A stretch of DNA of 64,000 nt, taken from the NCBI RefSeq assembly GCF_030144855.1, contig NC_082722.1:1550001-1614000 (forward strand). Direction: 5' to 3'. Position numbers and translations under genes: made by a program. Positions 37,580 to 50,800 of the stretch are shown piece after piece. How positions within the stretch are numbered: the first letter of the stretch is position 1; each line of letters begins with the position of its first letter. The stretch is from Hypanus sabinus. Its lineage: Eukaryota. The notes under the pieces were generated by a model. It was not told the DNA's origin. It saw only the letters and a list, made by a program, of their open reading frames with translations, and did no database searches.

Positions 37580-38848
37580 ATGGGGGAGACAGTCAGAGCA
37601 GTGGTGTGCTCCGTATGCAGTATGTGGGAGGTCAGGGTCAATACAGTTGTCCCTGATGACCACACCTGCAATAGGTGCGTCCAGCTGCAGCTCCTATCAG
37701 ACCGAGTTAGGGAGTTGGAGCGGGAGCTGGATGAACTACGGATCATTCGGGAGGCAGAGGCAGAGATAGATAGGAGTTATCAGGAGGTAGTCACACCAAA
37801 AAACCAAGAAGTAGGCAGATGGGTGACGGTCCAGAGAGGCAGGGGGAGCAGGCAGAGAGAGCAGAGCACCCCTGCGGCCATTCCCATTAACAATAAGTAT
37901 ACCGTACTGGATACTGTTGATGGGGATGACCTACCAGGAATGAGTTGTAGTGGTCCTGCCTCTGGCACAGAGGTTGAACCCTCAACTAGAAAGAGGAGGA
38001 GGGAAGAGAAGAGAGCGATAGTTTTAGGGGATTCTATAGTTAGGGGGGCAGATAGGAGATTTTGTGGGGCAGATCGGGAGTCTCGGATGATATGTTGCCT
38101 CCCTGGTGCCAGGGTCCGGGACATCTCAGATCGGGTGCAGGCTATTCTTGAGAATGAGGGCATGAACCCAGATGTAGTGGTCCATGTAGGGACCAACGAT
38201 GTAGGTAAGGTGAGTGAGGGGGTCCTGCTTAGAGAGTTCAGGGAGTTAGGAGTGAAGCTGAAAGGCAGGACCTTCAGGGTGACAATCTCGGGATTGCTAC
38301 CTGTGCCATGTGCGAGTGAGGCGAAGAATAGAATGATTATGCACATTAATACGAGGCTGAGAGCATGGTGCAGGAAGGAAGGGTTCAGGTTTTTGGATAA
38401 TTGGTCTTTGTTCCAGGGACATTGGGATCTGTTTCGAAGGGACGGTCTACATCTGAACCGGAGGGGTACTAACATTCTTGCAGGAGTGTTTGCCGGTGCT
38501 GCTCGGAGGGGGGGGGGGGTTAAACTAGATTTGCAGGGGGCAGGGATCCAGATCCAGAGGGTTGGTCAGAAGGTGCATGGGGTTAAATGTGTAGAAGGTT
38601 TGGGTGATCTTGAGAAGGTCATCAAAATTCAGGGTGCAATTAGCCCGATGGAAGTTCAAGGAGCTGGGTTAGGTGCAGTAGACAGTGTTTTAAGCAAAGA
38701 GAGGAGGAATGGGCTAAGAATTCTATACTTGAATGCGCGTAGTGTCAGAAATAAGACAGATGAGCTTGAAGCTCAGATGAAAATGGGGAACTACGATATT
38801 GTTGGGATAACGGAGACATGGCTGCAAGGGGATCAGCCTGGGAATTGA
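37580..38848 (+). pseudogene. CR1 ORF1 read through in frame into the ORF2 N-terminus
   Basis: The 422-aa ORF has the ORF1 zinc finger and esterase, then after a G12 run (38508-38519) continues into LYLNARSVRNK of the endonuclease. Confidence 0.85.
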
Positions 38849-39113
38849 GTGTACCAGGGTATACGTGCTATCGTAGAGACAGAAATATGGGAAGAGTGGG
38901 TGGGGTGGCCCAGTTGGTGAGGAATGAGATTCAGTCCTTAGCAAGAGGTGACTTGGGAACAGGGGAAGTAGAGTCTGTGTGGATTGAGCTGAGGAACAGT
39001 AAGGGTAAAAAGACCCTAATGGGTGTTGTGTACAGGCCCCCAAACAGTAGCGTGGATATTGGGTACAAGTTGATTAGGGAGTTATAGCATGTGCTAAAGG
39101 TAATGTAGTCGTT

Positions 39114-41246
39114 ATGGGAGATTTCAACATGCAGGTGAACTGGGAGAATCAGGTAGGTGCTGGACCCCAGGATAGGGAGTTTGTGGAGTGTCTAAGGGAT
39201 GTATTTTTGGAACAGCTTGTGCTTGAGCCAACCAGGAACGAGGCTATTTTGGACTTGGTGATGTGTAATGAACAGGAATTGATAAGTGATCTTGAAGTAA
39301 AGGAGCCATTAGGAAGTAGTGATCATAACATGATAAATTTTTATCTGCAATTTGAGAGGGATAAGGGCAGATCAGAGGTGTCAGTGTTGCAATTAAATAA
39401 AGGAGACTACGGAGCCATGAGGGAAGAGCTGGCCAAAGTTAAATGGGCAGATGCCCTGGCAGGAAAGACAGTGGATCAGCAGTGGCAGATATTCTTGGGC
39501 ATAATACAAAAGATGCAAAAGCAGTTCATTCCAATGAGAAGGAAGGATTCAAAGAGGGGGAAGGGGCCACAGTGGTTGACAAAGGAAGTCAGAGATTGTA
39601 TAGCATTAAAGAAAAAGAAGTATAACAGGGCGAAGATGAGTGGGAATACAGATGATTGGGAAAGTTTTAAGGAACAGCAGATCTTAACTAAAAAAGCAAT
39701 ACGGAGAGAAAAAATCAGGTATGAGCTCAGTCTAGCCAGGAATATAAAAGGGGATAGCAAAAGCTTTTTTAGCTATGTGAAGAGAAAGAAGATAGTTAAG
39801 AACAATGTTGGCCCCTTGAAGAATGAATTGGGAGAAATTGTTATGAGAAACAGGGAAATGGCAACAGAATTTAATGCTTACTTTAGATCTGTCTTCACCA
39901 GGGAGGACATAAGCAATCTCCCAGATGTATGGATGGGCCAGGGTCATAAAATATCAGAGGAATTGAGACAGATTGACATTAGGAAAGAAACTGTGATGAG
40001 TAGACTGGTAGGACTGAAGGCTAATAAATCCCCGGGTCCAGATGGTCTGCATCCGAGGGTTCTAAAAGAGGTGGCTCAGGAAATTGCGGATGCATTGGTA
40101 ATCATTTTTCAATGTTCCCTAGATTCAGGATCAGTTCCTGAAGATTGGAGAGTGGCTAATGTTATCCCACTTTTCAAGAAGGGAGGGAAGGAGAAAACGG
40201 AGAACTATCGCCCTGTTAGCCTAACGTCAGTCGTGGGGAAGATGCTTGAGTCCATTATTAAGGACGAAATAGTGGCACATCTTGATGGCAGAAATAGGAT
40301 TAGGCCGAGCCAGCATGGATTTACCAAGGGCAAATCATGCTTGACTAATCTGTTGGAGTTTTTTGAGGGTGTAACAAGGATGTTAGATGACGGTAAGCCA
40401 GTGGATGTTATGTACCTAGATTTTCAGAAGGAATTCGATAAGGTGCCACATAGGAGATTGGTTAGTAAAATCAGAGCTCATGGCATTGAGGGCAGGGTTT
40501 CAACATGGATAGAAAACTGGTTGGCTGATAGAAAGCAAAGGGTAGCAGTGAATGGGTGTTTCTCGGACTGGCTGGAGGTGACTCGTGGGGTACCACAGGG
40601 CTCTGTATTGGGACCACAGCTCTTTACGATTTATGTCAATGATTTAGATGAGGGCATTGAAAACTATATCAGCAAGTTTGCTGACGATACTAAACTGGGT
40701 GGCAGTGTGACATGCGAAGAGGGCGTTAGGAGAATACAGGGAAACTTGGATAGACTGAGTGAGTGGGCAGATACTTGGCAGATGTCATTCAATGTGAATA
40801 AATGTGAAGTTATCCACTTTGGAAGCAGGAACAAGAGGGCAGAGTATTGTCTGAACGGTGTAGAGTTAGGTAAGGGAGAAATGCAAAGAGACCTAGGAGT
40901 CCTAGTTCATCAGTCAATGAAGGTGAATGAGCAAGTGCAACAGGCAGTGAAGAGGGCAAATGGAATGTTGGCCTTTGTTACAAGGGGAATTGAATACAAG
41001 AGCAAGGATGTCCTTTTGCTTTTGTACAGGGCCCTGGTGAGACCACACCTGGAATATTGTGTACAGTTTTGGTCTCTAGGTTTAAGGAAGGACATTCTGG
41101 CAATTGAGGAAGTGCAGCGTAGATTCACTAGGTTGATTCCTGGGATGGCAGGGCTGTCTTACGCAGAGAGATTGGAGAGATTGGGCTTGTACACGCTGGA
41201 ATTGAGGAGATTGAGAGGGGATCTGATTGAAACATATGATAATTAA
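39114..41246 (+). pseudogene. CR1 ORF2 main remnant (EN C-part plus RT, FADD intact)
   Basis: [18 protein letters not shown] and FADDTK are present. Frameshifts near 38835, 39085 and 41237. Confidence 0.95.
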
Positions 41247-42049
41247 AGGATTTGATAGGATTGAGGCAGTAAATATGTTCCAGATGTTTGGAGAGTCCAG
41301 TACCAGAGGGCATGGATTGAGAATAAGAGGTCAGTTATTTAAAACAGAGTTGAGGAAGAGCTTCTTCTCCCAGAGAGTTGTGGAGGTGTGGAATGCACTG
41401 CCTCGGAAGATGGTGGAGGCCAATTCTCTGGATGCTTTCAAGAAGGAGCTAGATAGATATCTGATGGATAGGGGAATCAAGGGATATGGGGACAAGGCAG
41501 AGACTGGGTATTGATAGTGAATGATCAGCCATGATCTCAGAATGGCGGTGCAGACTCGAGGGGCCGAATGGTCTACTTCTGCACCTATTGTCTATTGTCT
41601 ATATCCTGGACGCGATCCGAAACATCCCGGACCCTGGCACCTGGGAGTCAAACCACCATCCGAGTTTCTTTCCTGTGTCTACAGAATCGCCTGTCTCACC
41701 CCCTAACTATAGAGTCCTTCGGTGAGAGGGTGTTAAATCTGTGGAATATGTTGCCACGAGCAGCTGCGGAGTCCAAGTCATTGGGTTTATATAAAGTAGA
41801 GATAGATTCTTGATTAACCAGGGTATCAAAGGGTATGGGCTGAAGGCAGGGGGTGGGGATGACTGGAAGAATTGGATGAGCCTATAATTGAATGGCAGAG
41901 CAGACTTGATGGGCTGAATGGCCTATTCCTGCTCCTGTATCTTAAGGTCTTAAAAGGGATTGGGAGCCCTACTGAAGAAATTCCATATGGGTTAATTTGC
42001 AGACTGAGTCGATGGTGAGGATCGCTATTGCTATGTTAGTAGACCTACT

Positions 42050-42200
42050 CCTCATCTTTTTTTCTCTTGTCCTACTGAGGGGTCTTGGCCCGAAACGTGG
42101 ACTGTACTGTTTTCCATATACATTGCCTGGACTGTAGATTTCCTCCAGCATTTTGTGTGTGTTGCTTGGATTTCCAACATCTGCAGATTTTCTCTTGTTT
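42050..42200 (+). mobile_element. Penelope-derived short element, decayed hammerhead
   Basis: gtcctactgaggggtcttggcccgaaacgtggactg...ccagcattttgtgtgtgttgc...atctgcagatttt. Confidence 0.7.
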
Positions 42201-42229
42201 GTGACAAACTCCATGAAGATGTGCCCCTA

Positions 42230-43600
42230 TCTGAGCAGGACTGGTGAAGGAGCCTCTGCGGTTTGATGCAGGCATACTTGTCCTCATATGCCTGTGCATA
42301 ATGTGAAACTTCTATAGCCATTCCTGGCAACCAGTATATCCTCTTAATGATCTCGAGGGTTCTGCGGACGCCCAGGTGAGCTATCATTCCTTAAGTGTTT
42401 CCTTGTTGCATAATCTTAGACCTGACAGAGCTTGGAACGCGCCGAACTTGCGCTTTGGCCTGGTGTACAAACGTGTCGATTCGCCAACTAATGAGCGCTA
42501 TCACCTTAGTTAGGGGCAAAATGGTGGTAAGGTGCTCCTCTTTCTTGGTTTCGTTGGACTGAAGAGACAAGGCATCCGGGTTTTGATTCTATGACCCCGC
42601 TAAATAGCTAGGTCAGAACACAATTGAACCGGTTAAAGAAGAGACCACCTAGTCTGCCTGGAGTGCGGTCATTTGGCTCTCGGAATAAAAGCCATGTTTT
42701 TGTGCTCTGTCCACACAATAAAAGGATTCTTTGCAGTCTCACATCAGTGAGACCTTCCCGTATCAACGTTCACCTCCACTGCGTGACGCCTGGAAAACAA
42801 CGCACATGTGTGCTGGTATTTTAATGTCCGAGGGTGTCCGTGGAGATAATACTTTGTCCAACTCCCTGACGAAGGGAAGGTTCGGGTTAGGCAAGGCCAA
42901 ATTCTAAGCTGTCGTGAACTGCTGTTGAGTTCAGCAAAAAGGTCCTCCACTTCGTCTCTTAGCACCATTAGTGGAATCGTCACTGAACTGACGTCCCCGA
43001 TGAATTTTCTATAAAAGCTGGCAAATCCCAGAAATCGCTTACCTTGCTTCACACTGGATGTTTGTGGGGGGGGGGGGGGGGTGGCGCAATCCCTGACTGC
43101 TTGTGGCTTTGTTTGATCCATCCTGAGATTGCCAACAGAGGCTATGAAATCCAAAAATGAAACTGCAGTCACATGAAATTCACGTTTTCAGGCTTCACAT
43201 AAAGTCCATGATCTAGAAGCCGCTTTAAGTATCTCTGACGTGAGTGTCATGTATGGACCTCGAGAAAATTAGGATGCCATCCAAATAGATAGAAGTGCAC
43301 ATATGGAGAATACCGGAACATGTCGTTTCTGGAGGCCTGGAAAACTGCGGGCAGGTTAGCAAGACCGATAGTATGACCAGGTAATCAAATTTCTCTTTCG
43401 GTATGCTGAATGCAGTCTTCTATTTGTCACCCTCGTTTATGCGGTCCAGATTATACATAATCCATAAGTCTAGCATCGAGAATACTCTTGCCGCTTGGAC
43501 AATCTCGGAGGCTGTGTTCACGAGTGGAGGGAGGTAATGATACTCGACCGTCATTTGATCCAGACCTCTGCAAACAACGCACGGACACAGACATGTGCAT
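42230..43600 (-). mobile_element. Gypsy LTR retrotransposon pol fragments (RT, RNase H, integrase Zn-binding)
   Basis: HLGVRRTLEIIKRIYW, RFLGFASFYRKFI and RVFSMLDLWIMYNL; deleted and frameshifted. Confidence 0.8.
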
Positions 43601-43639
43601 AGCATGTTGTGCTTTCTCATTATAATAAAGCAATTGCAT

Positions 43640-44100
43640 TTTCAAGATGATTTGTTTCGACAGCTTCATCACTTCTCTATTATCTTAGTGGCGAGTATAC
43701 ATTCAAACCTGAAAGGTGGCGAATGACTCCTCTTATAAGCCTATATGAGTTCTACTTCGGGTGTAAAACTGGAGTCCAGGACAAAACGTGTGCTCCTCAC
43801 ATTTGTTGCGCAACGTGTGCTGTCGCTCTTAGAGCTTGGCTCAGAGGCGCTCGGAAGTCAATGCCGTTCGCAGTCCCAATGATATGGCGGGAGTAAAAGG
43901 ATCATGCGACGGACTGTTACTTGTTTAACTCGTGCGTCTCATTTCTCTGCTACAAACATCAATTGAATGCACCAAACACCCTTCAACAATGAGACCTGTG
44001 CTGCATGATGATAGTCTCCAGTTCGAAAGCCACCAGAGATTTGGAGTCTAGAGGAGGCAGATTAAGTCGCTATGACACACGAGTCAGAAACGTCAAACTT
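43640..44100 (+). mobile_element. DNA transposase N-terminal fragment, Chapaev3 (CMC)-like
   Basis: GEYTF...YFGCKTGVQDKTCAPHICCATC...SMPFAVPMIWRE*KDHATDCY matches my recollection of the Cys/His-rich N-terminus of Chapaev3 transposases; family assignment needs a database search. Confidence 0.6.
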
Positions 44101-44129
44101 CCGGTTAAGGTGACACTACCGACCGTGTG

Positions 44130-46260
44130 TGACAGCTTTCTGGTAGTCCTTTTGTTATAAAGGCCAGCATGCCATTAGCTTTCTTCACTGCCTGCTTTAC
44201 CTGCATGCTTGCTTTCATTGACTGATGTACAAGAACACCTAGATCACATTTTACTTCTCCTTTTCCTAACAAGATTCGATTTAGATAGTAATCTGCCTTC
44301 CTGTTCTTGCCACCAAAGTGGATAACCTCACAATTATCCACATTAGACTGCATCTGCCATACATTTGCCCACCACCCAACCTGTCCAAGTCACCCTGCAT
44401 TCTCATAACATCCTCCTCACATTTCACACTGCCACCCAGCTTTGTGTCATAGGCAAATTTGCTAATGTTACTTTCAATCCCTTCATCTAAATCATTAATG
44501 TATATTGTAAACAGCTGCGGTCCCAGCACCGAACCTTGCGGTACCCCACTGGTCACAGCCTGCCATTCTGAAAGGGATCTATTAATCACTACTCATTGTT
44601 TCCTGTCAGCCAGCCAATTTTCAATCTATGTCAGTACTCTGCCCCCAATACCATGTGCCCTAATTTTGCCCACTAATCTCCTATGTGGGTCTTTATCAAA
44701 AGCTTTCTGGAAGTCCAGGTACACTACATCCACTGGCTATCCCTTGTCCATTTTCATAGTTACATCCTCAAAAAAACTCCAGAAGATTACTCCAGCATGA
44801 ATTTCCCTTCATAAATCCATGCTGACTCGGACTGATCCTTCTACTGCTATCCAAATGTGTCGTAATTTCCTCTTTTATAATTGACTCCAGCATCTTTCCC
44901 ACCACTGACGTCAGGCTAACCGGTCTATAATTCCCTGTTCTCTCTCTCCCTCCTTTCTTGAAAAGTGGGACAACATTAGCCACCCTCCAATCAGCAGGAA
45001 GTGTTCCTGAACCTATAGAACATTGGAAAATGATTACCAATGCGTCCATGATTTCTAGAGCCACCTCTTTAAGTACCCTGGGATGCAGACCATCAGGTCC
45101 CAGTGACTTATAAACATTCAGACTCAACAGTCTATCCAACACCGTTTCTTGCCTAATATAAATTTCCTTCAGTTCATCCTTTACCCTAGTTCCTTTGGCG
45201 ACTATTACATCTGGGAGATTGTTTGTGTCTTCCCTAGTGAAGACAGATCCAAAATACCTGTTCAACTCATCTGCCATTTCCTTGTTCCCCATAATAAATT
45301 TACCCGTTTCTGTCTTCAATGACCCAATTTCAGTCTTAACTATTTTTTTTTGCTATTCACATACCTAAAGAAGCTTTTACTATCCTCCTTTATATTCTTG
45401 GCTAGTTTACCTTTGTACCTCATTTTTTCTTGGCGTATTGCTTTTTTTGTTATCTTCTGCTGCTCGTTAAAAGCTTCCCAGTCCTCCAGTTTCCCGCTAA
45501 TCTTTGCTATGTTATTCTTCTTCTCTTTTATTTTTATACTGCCCTTTACTTCCCTCGTCAGCCACGGCCGCCCCTTACTCCCCTTAGGATATTTCTTCCT
45601 CTTTGGAATGAACCGATCCTGCACTTCCTGCATTATTCCCAGAAATACCTGCCATTGTTGTTCCACTGTCTTCCCTGCTAAGGTATTGCTCCATTGAACT
45701 TTGGCCAGCTCCTCCCCCATAGCTCCATAGTTCCCTTTGTTCAACTGTGATACTGACTCATCCGATTTTCCCTTCTCCATCTCAAATTGGAGGTTAAAAC
45801 ATATCATATTATGGTCACTACCTCCTAATGGTTCCTTTATCTCGAGGTCCCTGATCAAATCCGGTTCATTACACAACACTAAATCTAGAATTGCCTTCTC
45901 CCTGGTAGGCTCCAGTACAAGCTGTTCTAAGAATCCATCTCAGAGGCACTCCACAAACTCCCTTCCTTGGGGTCCAGTACCATTCTGATTCTCCCAGTCT
46001 ACCTGCATGTTGAAATCCCCCATGACAACTGTATCATTACCTTTGCGACATGCCAATTTTAACTCTTCATTCAACTTACACCCTACATCCAGACTGCTGT
46101 TTGGGGGCCTGTAGATAACTCCCATTAGGGTCTTTCTACACTTAGAGTTTCTCAGTTCTATCCATACTGACTCTACATCTCCTGATTATATGTCCCCCCT
46201 CGCAAGGGACTGAATTTCATTCCTCACCAACAGAGCCACCCTATCCCCTCTGCCAGTCAG
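44130..46260 (-). mobile_element. CR1 ORF2 fragment (EN plus RT)
   Basis: ORFs 45340..45879, 44768..45319 and 44281..44589 ([16 protein letters not shown]). Confidence 0.9.
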
Positions 46261-47351
46261 TCTGAGATGGAGATGGCAGATGAACTAAATGAGTATTTTG
46301 CATCAGTCTTCATTGTGGAAGGTACTAGCAGGGCGTGAGGGAAGAGAAGTAAGTGCCGTTACAAGGGAGATAGTGCTCAAAAAGCTGAAAGACTTAAAGC
46401 TACACAAGCCACCCAGACCAGATGGACTGCACCCTAGGGTTCAGAAATAAGTTGTTTTAGAGATTGTGGAGGCATCAGTAATGATCATTTGACTCTAGCA
46501 TTGTTTCAGAAGACTGAAAATCGCAAATGTCACTTCACTCTTTAAGAAAAGAGAGAGGTGAAATGAAGCGAAAATATAGACCAGTTAGCCTAACTCGAGC
46601 GGTTGGTAAAAAAGATGTTGGAGTCAATTGTTAAGGACGAGGTTATGGAATACTTGAGGACAGAGGACAAGATAGGACAAAGTCATCATGTTTCCTTAAA
46701 GGAAAATCTTTCCTGACGAATACGTTGGAATTCCTAAGGAGATTACAGATAGGATAGGGCAAGGGGATGCAGTGGATGATGTACATTTGGGTTTTCGGAA
46801 AGTGCCACACGTGAGGCTGCTTAGCAGGTTAAGGTTAAAAGGTTGCAGGGAAGTTTCTGATATGATTACATCATTGGCTGATTGGCAGGACGCACTGAAT
46901 GGGAAGAAAGGATCATTTTCTGGTAAGCTGTCAGTGACTTGTGGCATCCTGCAGGGGTCGGTGTTGGAGCCACCTCTTTTTATGCTGTAAATCAATGATT
47001 TAGGTGATGGAGTAGATATCTTTGTTGTCAACTTTGCAGATGGTACGAAGATTGGTGGAGGGGCACGTAGTGTAGAGGAAACAAGGAAACGACAGAAGAA
47101 CTTAGACAGATTTGGAGAATAGGCAAGCAAGTGGCAAATAAAGTACAACATTGGAAAATGCATGTTCGTGCACTTTGGTAGAAGAAATGTTAGACTATTT
47201 TCTAAATGGGGAGAAAATCCAAACATCTAAGATGCAAAGGGACTTCGGAGGGCCGTAAAGAGTGACTTGCAGCTTGAGTCCATGTCAGGAAAGCAAACGC
47301 AATGTTAGCATTTATTTCAAGAGGTTTGGGGTCTGGAACTGAAGCGCAAGG

Positions 47352-47862
47352 TGTCAGTACGTTTGGATATGGCCCAAATGCGAAAAAAGAGAGACGCTGA
47401 AGCAGGTCGATAGTTCAATAGACTTAAATGGGAACAGCATTTTTAAGGGAAAACAATAAATATTAGGCCAACCAGTGCTAACAACTAAAACTATCAAACG
47501 GAAAGCTAGATGCCAACACGGCGGCTGAAAGGTGTATTAAGTATAAAATGAATACAGCTAGTCGTCAGTGTTAGTCGACTCAGTCCGAATACAAGCAGCC
47601 AGCGTAATATTGCTGTGCTTTGCTCAAGTCTCAACGAGCGCGACAACAAAAAAAAGGGATAGCCACAATGAAATAATAATAAACACAAAGTACACTGCAG
47701 ATGCTGTGGTCAGAGCAACAGGTACAAACAATCTGGATGAACTCAGCGGATCGGGCAGCATCCGTTGAAAGGAGCAGTCAATTTCATCCAGATTGTTTGT
47801 ATTTGATGAAATAATAATTATCTGACACATGCAGCTGCGCATCTGAGTCCATGATTATGACA
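47352..47862 (-). repeat. Gypsy 3' LTR (contains a 126-bp insertion)
   Basis: TG...CA termini; 10 mismatches to the 5' LTR in the first 60 nt. Confidence 0.88.
47681..47806 (-). mobile_element. Penelope-related short element inserted in the 3' LTR
   Basis: 12-bp TSD tgaaataataat (47669-47680, 47807-47818); the empty site is seen once in the 5' LTR at 52544-52555. Confidence 0.8.
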
Positions 47863-50800
47863 GCTCCCACCTCCGTAAGCATAGATCCTGCGGCGCCTCA
47901 GACCTCTGCCCGCTGGAAGATTTGGATGAGCTTCTCGTCCAAAATGTCCTTCGCCGGGATCCAAGAACGTTCTTTAGGTCAATACCCCTCCCAATCCACA
48001 AGGTACTGGACCTTAGCACGTAACCGGCTGGATATAGACCTGGAAGCCATCTACCAAGCGAGGAGGAGAGGGAGGCTGGGGCCAGGGGAGAGGTATTAAC
48101 CGGCTTGATCTGGAAAACATGGAATACTGAGTGGATCTTCATTGATGCTGGCAGAAGCAATCTATTCAAGGCCTTGTTGAAAGCCCTTTCCAGTATGATA
48201 GTTACCACGCAGCGGGGAGCCAATTCGCGGCTCTCGACTTTCAGGGGAAGATTCCTCGATGCCAACGAGACCTCCTCTCTCGGCTTGAAAGGCCTCAGCT
48301 TTCGGAGGAGCCGATCACCCAGTCGGGCATGTTTTTTTTCTGGGCGCCAAGCAGACAAGCCCTGGCTAATCCAGGTGCACTTGCAGCACTGGATCAGCTG
48401 TTCAGCCGCAGGAATTCCTACATCAGTCTCCTGCTCAGACAAGAGCGGTGGCTGGATTCCTTTCCGGCATTTAAAGGGAGACATCCTCGTGGAAGACGAC
48501 AGGATGTTATTGTGAATAATCTCTGCCCATACTAATTGAGGGCTCCAGGACATGGGGTTGGAAGAGACAAGGCAGCTGAAGTGGGAAGTGTGCGGTGGTC
48601 CACGATCAGGAGCTGTGTCTTAAGGGAAGCCATTGATGCTGAAATGGAAAACCTTGAATAATCGATCCACAATGAATAAAATGGTGGTGTGTCCATTAGA
48701 CGGGGGAAATCCAATGATAAAATCTACTGAGAGATGAGGCAGTGAGCCACGGGCAATAGACTTAGCAGACCAGCAGGACGCTGGCATGACGCCTTATTCC
48801 TAGCGCAGATGGGACAGGCAGATACAAAGTCGTGGACATCCTGGGACATAGATGGCCACCAAACTTGTCTCTTTATGAACCTGCTTTCGTTGAATTCCCG
48901 GATGTCCAGCCATACGGAAGGAATGACCCCATTCCAATACTTTGGGATGCACTGCAACAGGGCCAAACAGCCGGTTGGTCTGTCCGCACATTGGGAGGCC
49001 CTCACCTCCGCCTCCATTCCTCAGATCACTGGAGCAGCAACGCACGAGAGAAGAAGAATGGGCTCTGGGTCCGCGTTCTTCTCAGATCCGTCCAACTGCC
49101 GGGAGAGAGTGTCGGCTTTGGTATTCTTGCTGCCGGGACGATAGGTGAGGATGGAGTTGAGCCATGTGAAGAACATAACCCGGCGGGCTTGACTGTTCGT
49201 ATCCAAAATGTAGGAGGGGTTCTTGTGATCTTTCCAGACCAAATGAGGATGCTCTGCTTCCACCATCCAATCTCACCATTCCTCCAGGACCGCCCTGATA
49301 GCCAGATTCCTGGTTCCCGACATCATAGTTCCTCTCGGCTGGAGTCAAACAAAAGAAAGAAAAGCACAAGGGTGCAGCCGGCTATCCGCAGAAGAGCGCT
49401 GAGAGAGGAACAGCTCCAATGCCGACAATGGATGTATTCCCAACGACAATGAATGTTGTGATGGGTCTTGGTGTTGTTCTACTGGCAGTGGTGAAATGTC
49501 ACCTTGACTCCGAAAATTCTTGGTCGGTACCGTCTATCCAGTTGAATCCTGCCGAGGGCTTTCTGGTCAGTGCATTTGAGAGTCACGGTGGAGCCGAAAT
49601 TCCAGAAGAAGCAGTGAAAGAAGTTCGCAAACCCCATGAATGCCGTTCCTGTTTGACTGCAGATAAGCTGAACCTTACTCGGGCCCACTGGAACACTGAA
49701 CGGGGTAAGAGTAGTGTTCACAGTGATATTGTTCAGAAGCAGAAAATCGATGCAGAAACTGAGCTTGCCATCTTTCTTGCTCACAATAAAAGTAGCCTGC
49801 TGCTGCTGGCGAAGTTGTTGGACGGATAAATCCCATGGCCACTGTCTCTTTGATGTATTCTTCCCTGGCCACCGTTTCAGGACGTGACAGAGAAAAGAGC
49901 CGGTCTCGGGAAGGACTAGTGCCGGGTAGGAGGTCTATCGTGCAGTCATATGACAGGTGCAGTGGCAGGCACCTGGCCTTCCTTTTATGAAAGACCTCAA
50001 GGAGAGCAGCACATTCAGCTGGAATCCCCGAAAGGTCCACATCCTTACTTGATACATCAGGGGATCCATGAAACGGAACTCGAGCTGGACTGAGACAGGT
50101 AGACGGGCATGCCGCTCTCCACTCTTGCAGTGCTTTAAGAGATCAATCCATTCATGGGTTATGTCATGATAACCAGTGGAGACCAAGCACCAGTGCTTGG
50201 TTAGGCGAATCTGCTAGACAGAAGGGAGTCCTTCAATATGGTTGCCTTCGAAAGGTAGAAATGGCCGGTGCCCAGAGGCCGGCCGTCCAGGGCCTTGTCG
50301 TTGTCCTTTTCACGTAATTTCTGAGTTGGAAATACTCGGTTTTCGGCTAACTAGACGTCCATGAGATTCTTGGCTGCTCCAGAGTCGATAAATGTTATAG
50401 GTTTATGGGTCTGAGATCCCTGCCGCAAGGAAGGTGCACGCAGAACACAATTAGGGGGAGCTCACTACACAGACAGCCAACCCGTCAGGACGCTCCTCCC
50501 TGCTGTCGGGTATCCACAATGGAAGCGGGAACCTGTTCTCCTCCGCCACTCTCGCTCCTGCTGAAACAGGACCATGCGCCCCACGCATAGGCTCCTCCAT
50601 GGACTGGGTGCTGGTTGATGAGGGAGAGGAAGAGGGCGAGGAAAGACTGTGATTAGAAGGCGCATAGAAGGCTTGAGACATCACTTCCCTGCGTCACTCA
50701 GTTACCTGTTCATCAACACAAATAGCCAGATTAAACAGATTATCGGGAATATCCTGCTTGTCACGACAGGCAATTCCGCCGGACCCCTGCGTTCAGTCCG

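Larger units (their letters stand above)
37254..41600 (+). mobile_element. Full-length young CR1 LINE with TSD and (CTATTGT)n tail
   Basis: TSD atatc(a/c)tgg at 37245-37253 and 41601-41609; ORF1 starts at 37580; ORF2 remnants include a 710-aa ORF. Confidence 0.95.

Noticed and set aside
37780-38475. 231-aa antisense ORF
   Set aside because: It is a shadow of CR1 ORF1; similar antisense text recurs in other CR1 copies with stops.
43060-43085. Long G runs (also 11613-11633 and 37360-37373) as functional G-quadruplexes
   Set aside because: They are isolated homopolymers inside TEs, prone to slippage or sequencing error, with no supporting context.
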